Positions 46,192-56,319 of a stretch of 63,484 bases of DNA are shown here, one piece after another. This DNA comes from an uncultured Gammaproteobacteria bacterium (GTDB taxonomy: Bacteria; Pseudomonadota; Gammaproteobacteria; DATFLG01), in the NCBI GenBank assembly GCA_964571225.1, contig CAZNBB010000005.1, forward strand, positions 1-63,484, in the 5' to 3' direction. The notes under the pieces were generated by a model. The model worked only from the letters and a program-made list of their open reading frames with translations. It had not been told where the DNA came from and searched no databases. The position numbers and the translations under genes are program-made. Positions within the stretch are counted from its first letter, which is position 1. The number at the start of each line of letters is the position of its first letter.

Positions 46192-48327
46192 GTGGGGGAG
46201 AGGCGCGCAGTGTCGGGCAGCGGCACCACTGGCGAACCGTGTGAAGCGGGGCTGGCGATCACCGCTCTGAAGGGGGTTGGTCCCAGGGTGGCCGGTCGCC
46301 TGGAAAAGCTCGGTGTCTACACGGTGCAGGACCTTCTGTTCCACCTGCCCTATCGCTATGAGGACCGCACCCGGGTCGTACCCATGGGCGGCCTGCGCCC
46401 CGGAGACCCCGCGGTGGTGGAAGGGGAGGTGCAGCTGGCCGAGGTCCGATTCGGTCGCCGCCGCAGCCTGCTGGTACGGGTGAGCGACGGCACCGGTAGT
46501 CTTACACTGCGTTTCTTCCACTTTAGCGCGGCTCAGCAGAGCGGCTTTCAGCGTGGTGTGCGGGTGCGGTGCTATGGGGAGGCGCGTGCCGGTGCCGCGA
46601 CCCTCGAAATGGTGCATCCGGAGTACCGGGTGCTGACGGCCGCCGATCCGCCGCCCTCCGAAGACCACCTGACGCCGGTCTATCCCACCACCGAGGGCGT
46701 GCATCAGTTGTCCCTGCGGCGCCTCGCCGAGGCGGCGTTGACCTGTCTGGACGAACCCCAGGGAGCCGGGGAGGTGTTGCCGGAATGGTTGCCGCCCGAG
46801 ATCCTGCAGCGTTTCCGGCTGCCTTCCCTGGTGGATGCCGTGCGCTATGTGCACCGCCCGCCTCCCGACGCCGCCCTGGCCGACCTGGCCGCGGGCTTGC
46901 ATCCCGCCCAGCAGCGGCTGGCCTTCGAGGAGTTGCTGGCCCACCACCTGAGCCTTCGGCGCCTGCGCCACAAGGCCCGCCTCCGGCAGGCCCCGTCCCT
47001 GGACGGGGATGGCGCATTGCTGGGCGGCTTCCTGGCGGCACTGCCGTTCGCGCTGACCGCGGCTCAACAACGGGTGATCGGCGAGATCCGAGCCGACCTG
47101 GCCGCGTCCCACCCCATGCTGCGTCTGGTACAGGGTGATGTCGGCTCCGGCAAGACGGTGGTGGCCGCCTGCGCGGCGCTGCAGGCGGTGCAGAGCGGCT
47201 ACCAGGCGGCGGTGATGGCGCCCACCGAGCTACTGGCCGAGCAGCACTACCACAGCTTCGCGCGCTGGCTGGAGCCTCTGGGGGTCAAGGTGTCGTGGCT
47301 GGCGGGCAAGAGCAAGGGCGCGGCCCGTGCGGCCCGCCTCGCCGACATCGCGTCCGGCGAGGCGGCCATCGCCGTCGGCACCCACGCTCTGTTCCAGGCC
47401 GACGTGACCTTTGCCCGGTTGGGGCTGGTGATTGTCGATGAGCAGCATCGTTTCGGCGTCCACCAGCGCCTGGCCCTGCGGGAGAAGGGGCTCGGCGACG
47501 GACGGCGCCCCCACCAGTTGACCATGACCGCCACCCCGATTCCCCGCACCCTGGCCATGACCCTCTATGCCGACCTCGACGTGTCCGTCATCGATGAACT
47601 GCCCCCGGGGCGCACGCCGGTGCAGACGGTGGTGGTCTCCGACAAGCGTCGGGACGAGGTGGTGGCGCGGGTGCGCGACGCCTGTGCCCAGGGCCGTCAG
47701 GCCTACTGGGTATGTACCCTGATCGAGGAGTCCGAGGCGCTGCAGTGCCAGGCCGCCTCCGATACTGCCGCGGCATTGACCGAGGCCCTGCCCGAGCTGC
47801 GAGTGGGGCTGGTGCACGGCAGGCTCAAGGCACGGGAGAAGGAACAGGTCATGGCCGCCTTCAAGGACGGTCACATCGATCTGCTGGTGGCCACCACCGT
47901 CATCGAGGTGGGCGTGGACGTGCCCAATGCCTCGCTGATGATCATCGAAAACCCGGAACGCCTGGGGCTGGCCCAGCTGCACCAGTTGCGCGGCCGGGTG
48001 GGCCGGGGCGCGCAGGCCAGCACCTGTGTGCTGCTGTATCGGCCCCCCCTGTCGGACACCGCCCGCGAGCGCCTGGGGGTGATGCGCGACACCGTGGATG
48101 GCTTCGAGATCGCCCGCCGTGACCTGGAGCTGCGCGGTCCCGGCGAGGTGCTGGGCACCCGCCAGACCGGCATGTTGCAGCTGCGCATCGCCGACCTGGT
48201 GCGGGATCAAGGGCAGCTTGCGGCAGTGGAAAAGGCCGCCGAGCTGCTCCTGCGCCGGTACCCGGAGCGGGTGGGGCCGTTGATGCGCCGCTGGCTGGGG
48301 GACGCCGTGCGTTATGGGGACGTATGA
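46192..48327 (+). CDS. recG: ATP-dependent DNA helicase RecG
   Basis: Wedge domain, helicase motif I GDVGSGKT, DEQHRFG, etc. A GTG start is assumed. Confidence 0.93.
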   Translation: MGERRAVSGSGTTGEPCEAGLAITALKGVGPRVAGRLEKLGVYTVQDLLFHLPYRYEDRTRVVPMGGLRPGDPAVVEGEVQLAEVRFGRRRSLLVRVSDGTGSLTLRFFHFSAAQQSGFQRGVRVRCYGEARAGAATLEMVHPEYRVLTAADPPPSEDHLTPVYPTTEGVHQLSLRRLAEAALTCLDEPQGAGEVLPEWLPPEILQRFRLPSLVDAVRYVHRPPPDAALADLAAGLHPAQQRLAFEELLAHHLSLRRLRHKARLRQAPSLDGDGALLGGFLAALPFALTAAQQRVIGEIRADLAASHPMLRLVQGDVGSGKTVVAACAALQAVQSGYQAAVMAPTELLAEQHYHSFARWLEPLGVKVSWLAGKSKGAARAARLADIASGEAAIAVGTHALFQADVTFARLGLVIVDEQHRFGVHQRLALREKGLGDGRRPHQLTMTATPIPRTLAMTLYADLDVSVIDELPPGRTPVQTVVVSDKRRDEVVARVRDACAQGRQAYWVCTLIEESEALQCQAASDTAAALTEALPELRVGLVHGRLKAREKEQVMAAFKDGHIDLLVATTVIEVGVDVPNASLMIIENPERLGLAQLHQLRGRVGRGAQASTCVLLYRPPLSDTARERLGVMRDTVDGFEIARRDLELRGPGEVLGTRQTGMLQLRIADLVRDQGQLAAVEKAAELLLRRYPERVGPLMRRWLGDAVRYGDV

Positions 48328-48389
48328 TGGCCGGCCCCGGTCTGGTTTCGGTTGGCCCGTGATTCGCTTGGCGTGCGATAATCGCCGTT

Positions 48390-49016
48390 TTGCGGCATGT
48401 CCTGGACGATGCGCGGGCTTTGATAGCGGTGACTCATACAAGCTGGCAGGGGTGCGGGCTGCACTGGATGCCTCATCGGCGCGTGTTGCGCAGCCGGATC
48501 CCGGCTTCCCTGCTGCACTGGCTGCTGGATCCGGCCTCCCTGACCCACAGGGTCCGACAGGCCTGCCCAGGCTGTTTCGGGGTACGGGTGGTGAGCCAGG
48601 GGTGGGCGCGGCCTACCCACGACGAGCGCCGCCGGCTGGCCATGCGCCGCGGCGAGCGCAGCCTGGTACGCCATGTCGAACTGCAGTGCGACGGCCGTGC
48701 CTGGGTGTTCGCGCGGACCGTGATACCCGCCCATACCCTGACCGGCGCCCGGCGCCGGCTGGCGCGGCTCGGCACGCGGCCCCTGGGCGAGTACCTGTTT
48801 GCCGAGCCGTCCATGCGCCGCGGCGTACTGGAACTGGCCCGGGTGCAGCCCGGCTGCCAGTTCTACGATCTGGCTGCCGGCAGTGAGGCGGCCTCGTCCG
48901 CGGCGTTGTGGGGGCGCCGTTCTGTGTTCCGCATCAAGGACAAGCCCCTGCTGGTCAGTGAATTCTTTCTGCCGGCATTGGGTGCGCGCGCGAATGCATG
49001 GCCGTTTAGCGCCTGA
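48390..49016 (+). CDS. ubiC: Chorismate pyruvate-lyase
   Basis: ...LLHWLLDPASLTHRV...LVRHVELQCDGRAWVFARTVIP...PLGEYLF.... It lies upstream of ubiA. The start may be ATG 48468. Confidence 0.8.
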   Translation: MRHVLDDARALIAVTHTSWQGCGLHWMPHRRVLRSRIPASLLHWLLDPASLTHRVRQACPGCFGVRVVSQGWARPTHDERRRLAMRRGERSLVRHVELQCDGRAWVFARTVIPAHTLTGARRRLARLGTRPLGEYLFAEPSMRRGVLELARVQPGCQFYDLAAGSEAASSAALWGRRSVFRIKDKPLLVSEFFLPALGARANAWPFSA

Positions 49017-49043
49017 CCGGAGTCCCCAGGCAGGGCAGCTGAG

Positions 49044-49925
49044 ATGAATGTCGCCGTCGTCAAAGACCGTCTGCATCAGTACTACCGCCTGACCCGGCTC
49101 GACCGGCCCATCGGCAGTCTGCTGCTGCTTTGGCCCGCCATGTGGGCCCTGTGGATCGCCGGCGAGGGTCACCCTCGGCCGTTGATCGTGGCGGTATTCG
49201 TACTCGGGGTCTTCATCATGCGTTCGGCGGGCTGCGTGCTCAACGACTACGCGGACCGGCACATCGATCCCCATGTGAAACGCACCAAGGCCCGCCCGTT
49301 GGCGGCCGGGCAGGTCAGCGCGCGAGAGGCGCTCACCCTGTTCGTGGTGCTTTCCCTGCTCGCCTTTGCCCTGGTATTGCTGCTCAACCGCCTCACCGTG
49401 CTGATGTCCTTCGGCGGCATCGTACTGGCGGCTGTCTATCCGTTCACCAAGCGCTACACCCATCTGCCCCAGGTCTTTCTCGGCGCGGCCTTCGGATGGG
49501 CGGTGCCCATGGCGTTCGCGGCCCAGACCGGTGCCGTCCCCAAGGTCGGCTGGCTGCTGTTCATTGCGGCCATTCTCTGGGCGGTGGTGTACGACACCAT
49601 GTACGCCATGGTGGATCGGGACGACGACCTGAAGATCGGCGTCAAATCCACCGCCATTCTGTTCGGGGATGCGGACCGGCTGATCATCGGAATCGTGCAG
49701 ATTCTGTTGCTCGGTGCCCTGGTGCTGGCGGGCCGGCTGGTCCATCTGCAGTCCATGTACTACCTGGGGCTGGCGGTGGCCGCGGGCCTGGCCGTGTATC
49801 AGCAGTACCTGATCAAAGGCCGGGAACGGGACAAATGCTTCCAGGCGTTCCTGAACAACAACTGGTTCGGGGGCGTGGTGTTCGCCGGTATTGTCCTGCA
49901 CTACATGCTGATCAGCCATATCTGA
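49044..49925 (+). CDS. ubiA: 4-hydroxybenzoate polyprenyltransferase
   Basis: [19 protein letters not shown]...[15 protein letters not shown]... UbiA motifs. Confidence 0.93.
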   Translation: MNVAVVKDRLHQYYRLTRLDRPIGSLLLLWPAMWALWIAGEGHPRPLIVAVFVLGVFIMRSAGCVLNDYADRHIDPHVKRTKARPLAAGQVSAREALTLFVVLSLLAFALVLLLNRLTVLMSFGGIVLAAVYPFTKRYTHLPQVFLGAAFGWAVPMAFAAQTGAVPKVGWLLFIAAILWAVVYDTMYAMVDRDDDLKIGVKSTAILFGDADRLIIGIVQILLLGALVLAGRLVHLQSMYYLGLAVAAGLAVYQQYLIKGRERDKCFQAFLNNNWFGGVVFAGIVLHYMLISHI

Positions 49926-49956
49926 TCCGACCCGCCCGGGTTAGGCGGAAGATTCG

Positions 49957-50724
49957 CTAAGCAGTGCGTGCGCATACCCACACTTCGATTTCGCCGACAC
50001 CACGGCGCCGCAGAGTGCGGGCCAGTTCGGCCACGGTGCTGCTGGTGGCCATGACATCGTCGACGATGGCCACCCGTTCCAGGTTCGGTAGGTTACGGGT
50101 GCCGAAGGCACCCCGCACATTGGCGCGGCGGGCCCGCGCCGGCAGGCCGGACTGGGCGGGGGTCGGGCGCCGGCGGTAACAGACCCGGTCCAGCACCGGC
50201 ACACCCAGGCGCGTACTCAGGGTGCGGCAGATTTCCAACGACTGGTTGAAACCCCGTTCCCGCAGCCGTCGCGGATGCAGCGGCACCGGTATGAGTGCCT
50301 GCGGTAGCGGGTCGATGTGGGCGGCCCTTTCGGCCATCAGGGTACCCAGCAGGCGCGCGATGCCCAACTGGCGGGAGAACTTCAGGCGCTGGACCAGGCG
50401 GTCGATAGGTGGCTGGTAGTGGGCCAGCACCAGGGTGCGATGGAAGGGGGGCGGGTGGCGCTGACAGGCGCCGCATACGGTCGTTTCGGTTCCACCCGCC
50501 AGGGCGCATCCGCAGCGCCGGCAGCCGTCGGCCGCCAGCGGCAGGTCGCGGCGGCAGCCTGTGCACAGGTCCAGCGATTCCCCGGTGCGGGTTCCGCACA
50601 GCTGGCAGCTGGCCGGGTAAAGGATGGTCTGGATTAAATGTAGCCAGTTGTAAACCACCGGACGTCCCTTCCGGTTGACAGTCAACAACGCTCCGGGCAC
50701 CATACCCTGCCCCCGGAGGCCCAT
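49957..50724 (-). CDS. comF: ComF family phosphoribosyltransferase-domain protein
   Basis: N-terminal Cys-rich CQLCG...CTGC...CRRCG and a C-terminal PRT motif VAIVDDVMATSSTV. The start is uncertain (ATG 50724, ATG 50703 or GTG 50658), and the N-terminal part overlaps the bio operator. Confidence 0.8.
   Translation of the reverse strand: MGLRGQGMVPGALLTVNRKGRPVVYNWLHLIQTILYPASCQLCGTRTGESLDLCTGCRRDLPLAADGCRRCGCALAGGTETTVCGACQRHPPPFHRTLVLAHYQPPIDRLVQRLKFSRQLGIARLLGTLMAERAAHIDPLPQALIPVPLHPRRLRERGFNQSLEICRTLSTRLGVPVLDRVCYRRRPTPAQSGLPARARRANVRGAFGTRNLPNLERVAIVDDVMATSSTVAELARTLRRRGVGEIEVWVCARTA
50648..50680. promoter_or_regulatory. Candidate BirA operator (bioO): TTGTAAACC-N16-GGTTGACA
   Basis: Left half TTGTAAACC 50648-50656 and right half GGTTGACA 50673-50680 (1 mismatch to GGTTTACA). 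It lies 65-75 nt upstream of the first gene of the bio operon. The right half contains a TTGACA -35-like hexamer. Confidence 0.65.
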
Positions 50725-50752
50725 ATCCTAACCCACGTCCACGTTGGAAGCG

Positions 50753-51163
50753 ATGACCAGTCCCAACCCTTCGCAGTCGGTCACCCACAGTATCAGCGGG
50801 CGCAGCGCGCGGTTCGCCAGCCTGCTGTTCAACTATGGCAACATCGCCGCACTGCTGATCCCGTTTCCCATCGGTCTGTTCTGGCTGGGAGCCTCCATGC
50901 TGGTGTACGCCATGAACCGGCATCATCCCAACGAGAAGGTCGGCCACTATACCCAGCAGGCCGCCTATCGCTTCTACGGACTGACCGGCTTTTTCGTCGC
51001 GGCAGCCACCTTCATTCCCCACGGCCGCCACCATTATTACCTGATTGCCTGGGCGCTTGGGGTGTTGGTGCTGGTGCCCTGGTCCGTCATCGACATCCTG
51101 CGCATTCGCCGGGACCAGTGGCAGGACATGGAAGTGACCGTCGAGGAGCCGGTCGATGCCTGA
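50753..51163 (+). CDS. Uncharacterised small integral membrane protein, the first gene of the bio operon
   Basis: About 136 aa with 3-4 predicted TM segments ([21 protein letters not shown]; [13 protein letters not shown]; [17 protein letters not shown]). It overlaps the bioB start by 8 nt. An alternative TTG start is at 50744. Confidence 0.6.
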   Translation: MTSPNPSQSVTHSISGRSARFASLLFNYGNIAALLIPFPIGLFWLGASMLVYAMNRHHPNEKVGHYTQQAAYRFYGLTGFFVAAATFIPHGRHHYYLIAWALGVLVLVPWSVIDILRIRRDQWQDMEVTVEEPVDA

Positions 51164-52130
51164 GGGGCTGGCGGCCACGTCCGCGCCCGTCGAGGTTCGC
51201 GGCGACTGGCGCCGCGACGAGGTGCAGGCGCTGTTCGAACTGCCGTTCGCCGATCTGATGTTCCGCGCCCAGCAGCTCCATCGCGCGGTCTTCGACCCCA
51301 ATGCCGTCCAGATCAGCACCCTGCTCAGCATCAAGACCGGCGCCTGCCCCGAAGACTGCGCCTACTGCCCCCAGAGTGCCCATTTCGACACCGGTCTGGA
51401 AGTGGAGCGCCTGCTGGATCTGGACACCGTGCTGGACGCGGCGCGGGCCGCCAAGGAACGGGGTGCCAGCCGCTTCTGCATGGGGGCGGCTTGGCGCAGC
51501 CCCCGGGAGAAGCAGTTCGTCCAGGTGCTGGACATGGTGCGTGGGGTGCGGGAACTGGGGCTGGAGACCTGCGTCACCCTGGGGATGCTGGATGACGATC
51601 AGACCCGTCGGCTTCAGGAGGCGGGGCTGGACTACTACAACCACAACCTGGACACATCCCCGGAGTTCTACGGCACCATCATCAGCACCCGCACCTATCA
51701 GGATCGCCTGGACACCCTGCGGCGGGTGCGCGATGCCGGGATCCACGTGTGTGCGGGGGGTATCGTGGGGATGGGCGAGGACCGCAGCGACCGGGCCGGC
51801 CTGCTCCAGGAACTGGCCAATCTGCCCCGTCATCCCGAGAGCGTGCCCATCAACCAGCTGGTGCGCGTTCAGGGTACGCCCCTGGCCGAGGCCGAAGCAC
51901 CGGACCCCTTCGAGTTCGTCCGCACCATCGCGGTGGCCCGCATCCTGATGCCCCGCTCCCGGGTGCGTCTGTCGGCCGGCCGTACGGACATGAGCGACGA
52001 GCTGCAGGCGCTGTGCTTTCTGGCCGGTGCCAATTCCATCTTCTACGGCGAGCGGCTGCTCACCACCGACAACCCCGAGCAGGACCACGACCGGGGTCTC
52101 TTCGATCGCCTCGGCCTGCACCCGGAGTGA
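51156..52130 (+). CDS. bioB: Biotin synthase
   Basis: [15 protein letters not shown] radical SAM motif; 324 aa. Confidence 0.95.
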   Translation: MPEGLAATSAPVEVRGDWRRDEVQALFELPFADLMFRAQQLHRAVFDPNAVQISTLLSIKTGACPEDCAYCPQSAHFDTGLEVERLLDLDTVLDAARAAKERGASRFCMGAAWRSPREKQFVQVLDMVRGVRELGLETCVTLGMLDDDQTRRLQEAGLDYYNHNLDTSPEFYGTIISTRTYQDRLDTLRRVRDAGIHVCAGGIVGMGEDRSDRAGLLQELANLPRHPESVPINQLVRVQGTPLAEAEAPDPFEFVRTIAVARILMPRSRVRLSAGRTDMSDELQALCFLAGANSIFYGERLLTTDNPEQDHDRGLFDRLGLHPE

Positions 52131-52185
52131 TTGCAGCGCGGGCTCGCGCCCTGCGTCGTGTCCGCGCCCCCATGGGATCTCAGCG

Positions 52186-53355
52186 ATGAAGGATCTGGCG
52201 GCACAGCTCGACGATCGCAAGGCCCGGCATCTGTACCGGCGCCGGCGGGTGGTCGCCGGGCCTCAGGGGCCGGAGACCATCGTCGACGGACGGCCCTGCC
52301 TCACCTTCTGCAGCAACGACTACCTGGGTCTGGCCAATCATCCGCAGGTGGTGCAGGCGTTCCGCGACGCCGTCACCGAATACGGCGTCGGCAGCGGGGC
52401 CGCCCACCTGGTGACCGGCCACAGCGTCGCCCATCATGCCCTGGAGGAGGAACTGGCTGCCTTCGTCGGGCGCCCGCGGGCGCTGCTGTTCTCCACCGGT
52501 TACATGGCCAACCTGGGGGTGGCCGGCGCCCTGCTGGACCGCCATGACCGGCTGTTCGAGGACCGCTACAACCATGCTTCCCTGCTGGATGCGGCCCGCT
52601 ACAGCGGCGCACGGCTGGTGCGCTACGGGCACGGCGACAGCGGCGATCTGGAGCGGCGCCTGGGTGCTACGGCTGGCAGCGGCCACCGGCTGATTTCCAG
52701 CGACGGCGTGTTCAGCATGGACGGCGACCTGGCGCCGGTGCGGGCCCTGGCCGGGCTGGCCCGGCGCCATGGGGCGACGCTGATGATCGACGACGCCCAC
52801 GGCCTGGGCGTGCTCGGCGAGCACGGCGGCGGTCTGCTGGAACAGCAATCCCTGAGTGTGGAGGATGTTCCGATACTGGTGGGTACCCTGGGGAAGGCGT
52901 TCGGGACCTTCGGCGCCTTCGTGGCGGGATCCGAGGCGCTGATCGAGACCCTGATTCAGCAGGCCCGTACCTACGTCTACACCACGGCGCCCCCGCCGGC
53001 GGTGGCACAGGCTACCCGCGCCAGCCTCCGGCTGGTGCAGCAGGACGGCTGGCGCCGCGAACGCCTGCGTTCGCTGGTGGCCCGTTTCCGGGAAGGTGCG
53101 AGCCAGCTGGGCCTGGCGCTCACGGCGTCGACGACACCCATCCAGCCGCTGCTGGTGGGTGACGCCGCCCGCGCTCTTGCCTTGAGCGACGCGCTGCTGG
53201 AGCAGGGCGTGCTGATTTCCGCCATCCGTCCGCCCACCGTGCCGGAAGGCACCGCACGGCTGCGGATCACCCTGTCCGCTGCCCACCAGGACTCCCACGT
53301 GGACCGGTTGCTGGCTGCCCTGGACGGGGCCGGCGCAAACCGACTCGCAGGCTGA
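52186..53355 (+). CDS. bioF: 8-amino-7-oxononanoate synthase
   Basis: ...[13 protein letters not shown]...; PLP Lys region TLGKAFG; start at ATG 52186. Confidence 0.93.
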   Translation: MKDLAAQLDDRKARHLYRRRRVVAGPQGPETIVDGRPCLTFCSNDYLGLANHPQVVQAFRDAVTEYGVGSGAAHLVTGHSVAHHALEEELAAFVGRPRALLFSTGYMANLGVAGALLDRHDRLFEDRYNHASLLDAARYSGARLVRYGHGDSGDLERRLGATAGSGHRLISSDGVFSMDGDLAPVRALAGLARRHGATLMIDDAHGLGVLGEHGGGLLEQQSLSVEDVPILVGTLGKAFGTFGAFVAGSEALIETLIQQARTYVYTTAPPPAVAQATRASLRLVQQDGWRRERLRSLVARFREGASQLGLALTASTTPIQPLLVGDAARALALSDALLEQGVLISAIRPPTVPEGTARLRITLSAAHQDSHVDRLLAALDGAGANRLAG

Positions 53356-53364
53356 CCAATCTCC

Positions 53365-54123
53365 ATGGCTTTGTACACGCGGACATCGGGTGCCGGGCCG
53401 GAGCTCCTCCTGCTTCACGGTTGGGGCCTGCATTCCGAGGTGTGGGCCGGTTTCGCAGAGGAGCTGGCGGCGGAATTCCGTGTCACAGTGGTGGACCTAC
53501 CCGGCCATGGCCGCAGCCCGCCTCAAGGGGTGTTTTCCCTGCGCGATGCCGCGGAGGCGGTGCTGGCGGCGGCGCCGGCGCAGGCGCTCTGGTTGGGATG
53601 GTCCCTGGGTGGCATGGTGGCCCTGGAGGCGGCGGCCCGCCGCCCGCAACGGGTGAGTCGGCTGGTGCTGATGGCCAGCAACCCCCGTTTCGTGGCGGCG
53701 CCCGACTGGCCCGGCATGGACGCTGCCGTGCTGGAGCGCTTTGCGGCGGATCTGGCCGAGGACTACCGCAGTACCCTGCAGCGCTTTCTCGCACTGGTGG
53801 CGCGGGGTGCCGACAGCGAGAGCGATGGCCTGCGTGCGCTGCGCCGTCGCTTTGCCGCCGGTGAAGCGCCGGACGCCGACGCCCTGCAGGCGGGCCTGCA
53901 GATCTTGCGGGATACAGACCTGCGTCCCGAGCTGGCGCGGCTGGCCATGCCGACGCTGGCAGTGCTGGGGGAGCGGGACATGCTGGTGCCGGCGGCGGTC
54001 GGCCCGCTGTTGGCCCAGCGCCTGGGCACCAGTCGCGTGCAGACCGTAGCGGGCGCCGGCCATGCGCCGTTTCTGTCCCATCCTGCACGCTGCACAACTC
54101 TTTTGCGGGAGTTCATACCGTGA
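53365..54123 (+). CDS. bioH: Pimeloyl-ACP methyl ester carboxylesterase
   Basis: Alpha/beta hydrolase LLLLHGWG...GWSLGG; position between bioF and bioC. Confidence 0.88.
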   Translation: MALYTRTSGAGPELLLLHGWGLHSEVWAGFAEELAAEFRVTVVDLPGHGRSPPQGVFSLRDAAEAVLAAAPAQALWLGWSLGGMVALEAAARRPQRVSRLVLMASNPRFVAAPDWPGMDAAVLERFAADLAEDYRSTLQRFLALVARGADSESDGLRALRRRFAAGEAPDADALQAGLQILRDTDLRPELARLAMPTLAVLGERDMLVPAAVGPLLAQRLGTSRVQTVAGAGHAPFLSHPARCTTLLREFIP

Positions 54124-54995
54124 GCCGGGGCGACGAGTATCGGGTGGACAAGGGTCAGGTCCGGCAGTCGTTCGGGCGCGCCGCAGCCAGTTACGATGCC
54201 GCGGCGGTGCTGCAGCGCGAAGTCGGCGAGCGCATGCTGGAGCGTCTTCGGCTCCTGCGCATGAAACCCGAGCGCATTGCGGACCTCGGTGCCGGCACCG
54301 GCGTGGCTACCGCCGAGCTGGTGCGTCGCTACCGGGGCGCAGGCATCGTTGCCGTGGATATCGCCGAACCCATGCTCCAGCTGGCACGTCGACGGGCGCC
54401 CTGGCTGGGCCGGCCGGGATACGTGTGCGGGGATGTGGAAGGGCTGCCGCTGCGGGACGGGTCGGTGGACATGGTGTTCTCCAACCTGTGCATCCAGTGG
54501 TCCAACGACCTGGACCGGACCCTCGGCGAGTTCCGTCGGGTGCTGCGCCCGGGCGGGGTGGTGATGTTCACCACTTTCGGTCCCGACACCCTCCGGGAGT
54601 TGCGGGCCAGTTGGGCGGCGGTGGACGCGTACAGCCATACCAATGCTTTCATGGACATGCACGACATTGGGGATGCCCTGCTGCGTGCCGGTCTGGCCGA
54701 ACCGGTGATGGACGTGGAGTCGTTCACCCTGACCTACTCTGAGCTGCGGGATCTGATGCGCGACCTCAAGGCGCTGGGTGCCCACAACGCCACGGCGGGA
54801 CGCGCCCGCGGACTGACCGGCAAGGGGCGTCTGCAGGCGCTGGGGGCCGCCTACGACCGGTTCCGTCGCGACGGCCGGCTGCCGGCCACCTACGAGGTCG
54901 TGTACGGCCACGCCTGGGCGCCCAGCGATTCCATCCAGACCCGCAACGAGCACGGCCGCGCGGCTGTGCCGTTGGAGCAACTGCGCAGGCGTTGA
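54120..54995 (+). CDS. bioC: Malonyl-ACP O-methyltransferase
   Basis: SAM-MTase motif IADLGAGTG and the SFGRAAASYDAAAVLQREV BioC N-terminus; GTG start overlaps bioH by 4 nt. Confidence 0.9.
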   Translation: MSRGDEYRVDKGQVRQSFGRAAASYDAAAVLQREVGERMLERLRLLRMKPERIADLGAGTGVATAELVRRYRGAGIVAVDIAEPMLQLARRRAPWLGRPGYVCGDVEGLPLRDGSVDMVFSNLCIQWSNDLDRTLGEFRRVLRPGGVVMFTTFGPDTLRELRASWAAVDAYSHTNAFMDMHDIGDALLRAGLAEPVMDVESFTLTYSELRDLMRDLKALGAHNATAGRARGLTGKGRLQALGAAYDRFRRDGRLPATYEVVYGHAWAPSDSIQTRNEHGRAAVPLEQLRRR

Positions 54996-55009
54996 TGGTG
55001 GAGGCGACC

Positions 55010-55696
55010 ATGAAAGGGTATTTCGTGACCGGCACCGACACCGGTATTGGCAAGACCGTGATCAGCGTGGCGCTGCTGCACGGGCTCCGGCAACTCGGGC
55101 TTTCGGCGATCGGCATGAAACCGGTTGCCTCCGGCTGCGAGCGTACCCCCGCGGGGCTGCGCAACGCCGACGCCTTGGCGTTGCAGGCGGCATCGGCGGC
55201 GGATGTCCCCTATGGGGATGTAAATCCCTACGCCTTCGAACCGCCTATCGCCCCCCATATCGCAGCCGCCGAGGCGGGTGTCGAAATCCGTATCGACCAC
55301 ATCGTGGACAGCGCGCGCAGTTTGGCCGGCCCCTTCGAGGCCGTGGTGGTCGAAGGTGTCGGCGGTTGGCTGGTGCCGTTCGGTGCGGACACCACAGTGG
55401 CCGATCTGGCGCGTGCCCTGGACCTGCCGGTTGTGCTGGTGGTGGGTATGCGACTCGGTTGCCTGAATCACGCACTGCTCAGCGCCCAGAGCATCCGCGC
55501 CTGCGGATGCCGTCTGGCGGGCTGGGTGGCGAACATCGTGGAGCGGGACTGTGCGCGACTGCAGGCCAACATCGCCACCCTGCAACAGCGCCTGGGCGTG
55601 CCGCTGCTGGGCACGGTGCCCTATCTGGATGAGCCCGACCCCGGCCGCGCCGCGGTGGGCCATCTGGATGTAAATCGGCTCGCGACCCTGGTCTGA
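55010..55696 (+). CDS. bioD: Dethiobiotin synthetase
   Basis: MKGYFVTGTDTGIGKT P-loop; SD GGTGGAGG lies before ATG 55010 (the ORF is open from 54992). Confidence 0.92.
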   Translation: MKGYFVTGTDTGIGKTVISVALLHGLRQLGLSAIGMKPVASGCERTPAGLRNADALALQAASAADVPYGDVNPYAFEPPIAPHIAAAEAGVEIRIDHIVDSARSLAGPFEAVVVEGVGGWLVPFGADTTVADLARALDLPVVLVVGMRLGCLNHALLSAQSIRACGCRLAGWVANIVERDCARLQANIATLQQRLGVPLLGTVPYLDEPDPGRAAVGHLDVNRLATLV

Positions 55697-56319
55697 CTCC
55701 CTACTGCGTTCCGCTTTCTTCTCTGCGAACTGTCGGCAGAATTGCGTCGCCCGATAGCGGCGGACGACGCTGTCGCGGCATTTTCTCTTTGTATGTCCTG
55801 TGTAAAATAATATTCGAATCTGCTAAAACATTAATTTGACACACCGTAGCTATCTGTTATGACAAAACTTTCTTGAGAAAAGTTCCAAATTTAGTTGCCA
55901 TGCCTCAAGCCATGGAGTAGCATCCTCGACAGCGCTCACCTCCGCCCCTGAACCGTGTCGAGCGGGGCGGAGACAGAAAAAATTGGTAACCACCGATCGT
56001 GACGCGTCTGTCTCCAGTTGCCGGTTCAGCATTCAGCCATTCCACTCCCCGCCGGGGCGAGGCCGCCAGGCGTTCGTGCTCGATCGATGGTTCCCGGAGG
56101 TCCCGCGGAAGCGGGACACGGCCTGCCGGCCAGACAGTCGGCGTGTTCGAGGGCCGAGTGCGCGCGCCCTGAAAGGGCGCCGATAAAGAATATTTTGCCC
56201 GTGAGTTGTGCAGCTGGCTTCGACCAGGCTCGGGGCAGGCACCGTCTGAGGGAGTGGTGCCGAAAATAAAACGTTCAGAAAAATTACAACATTCACACTA
56301 CTGAAGGAGAGGGAAGGGC

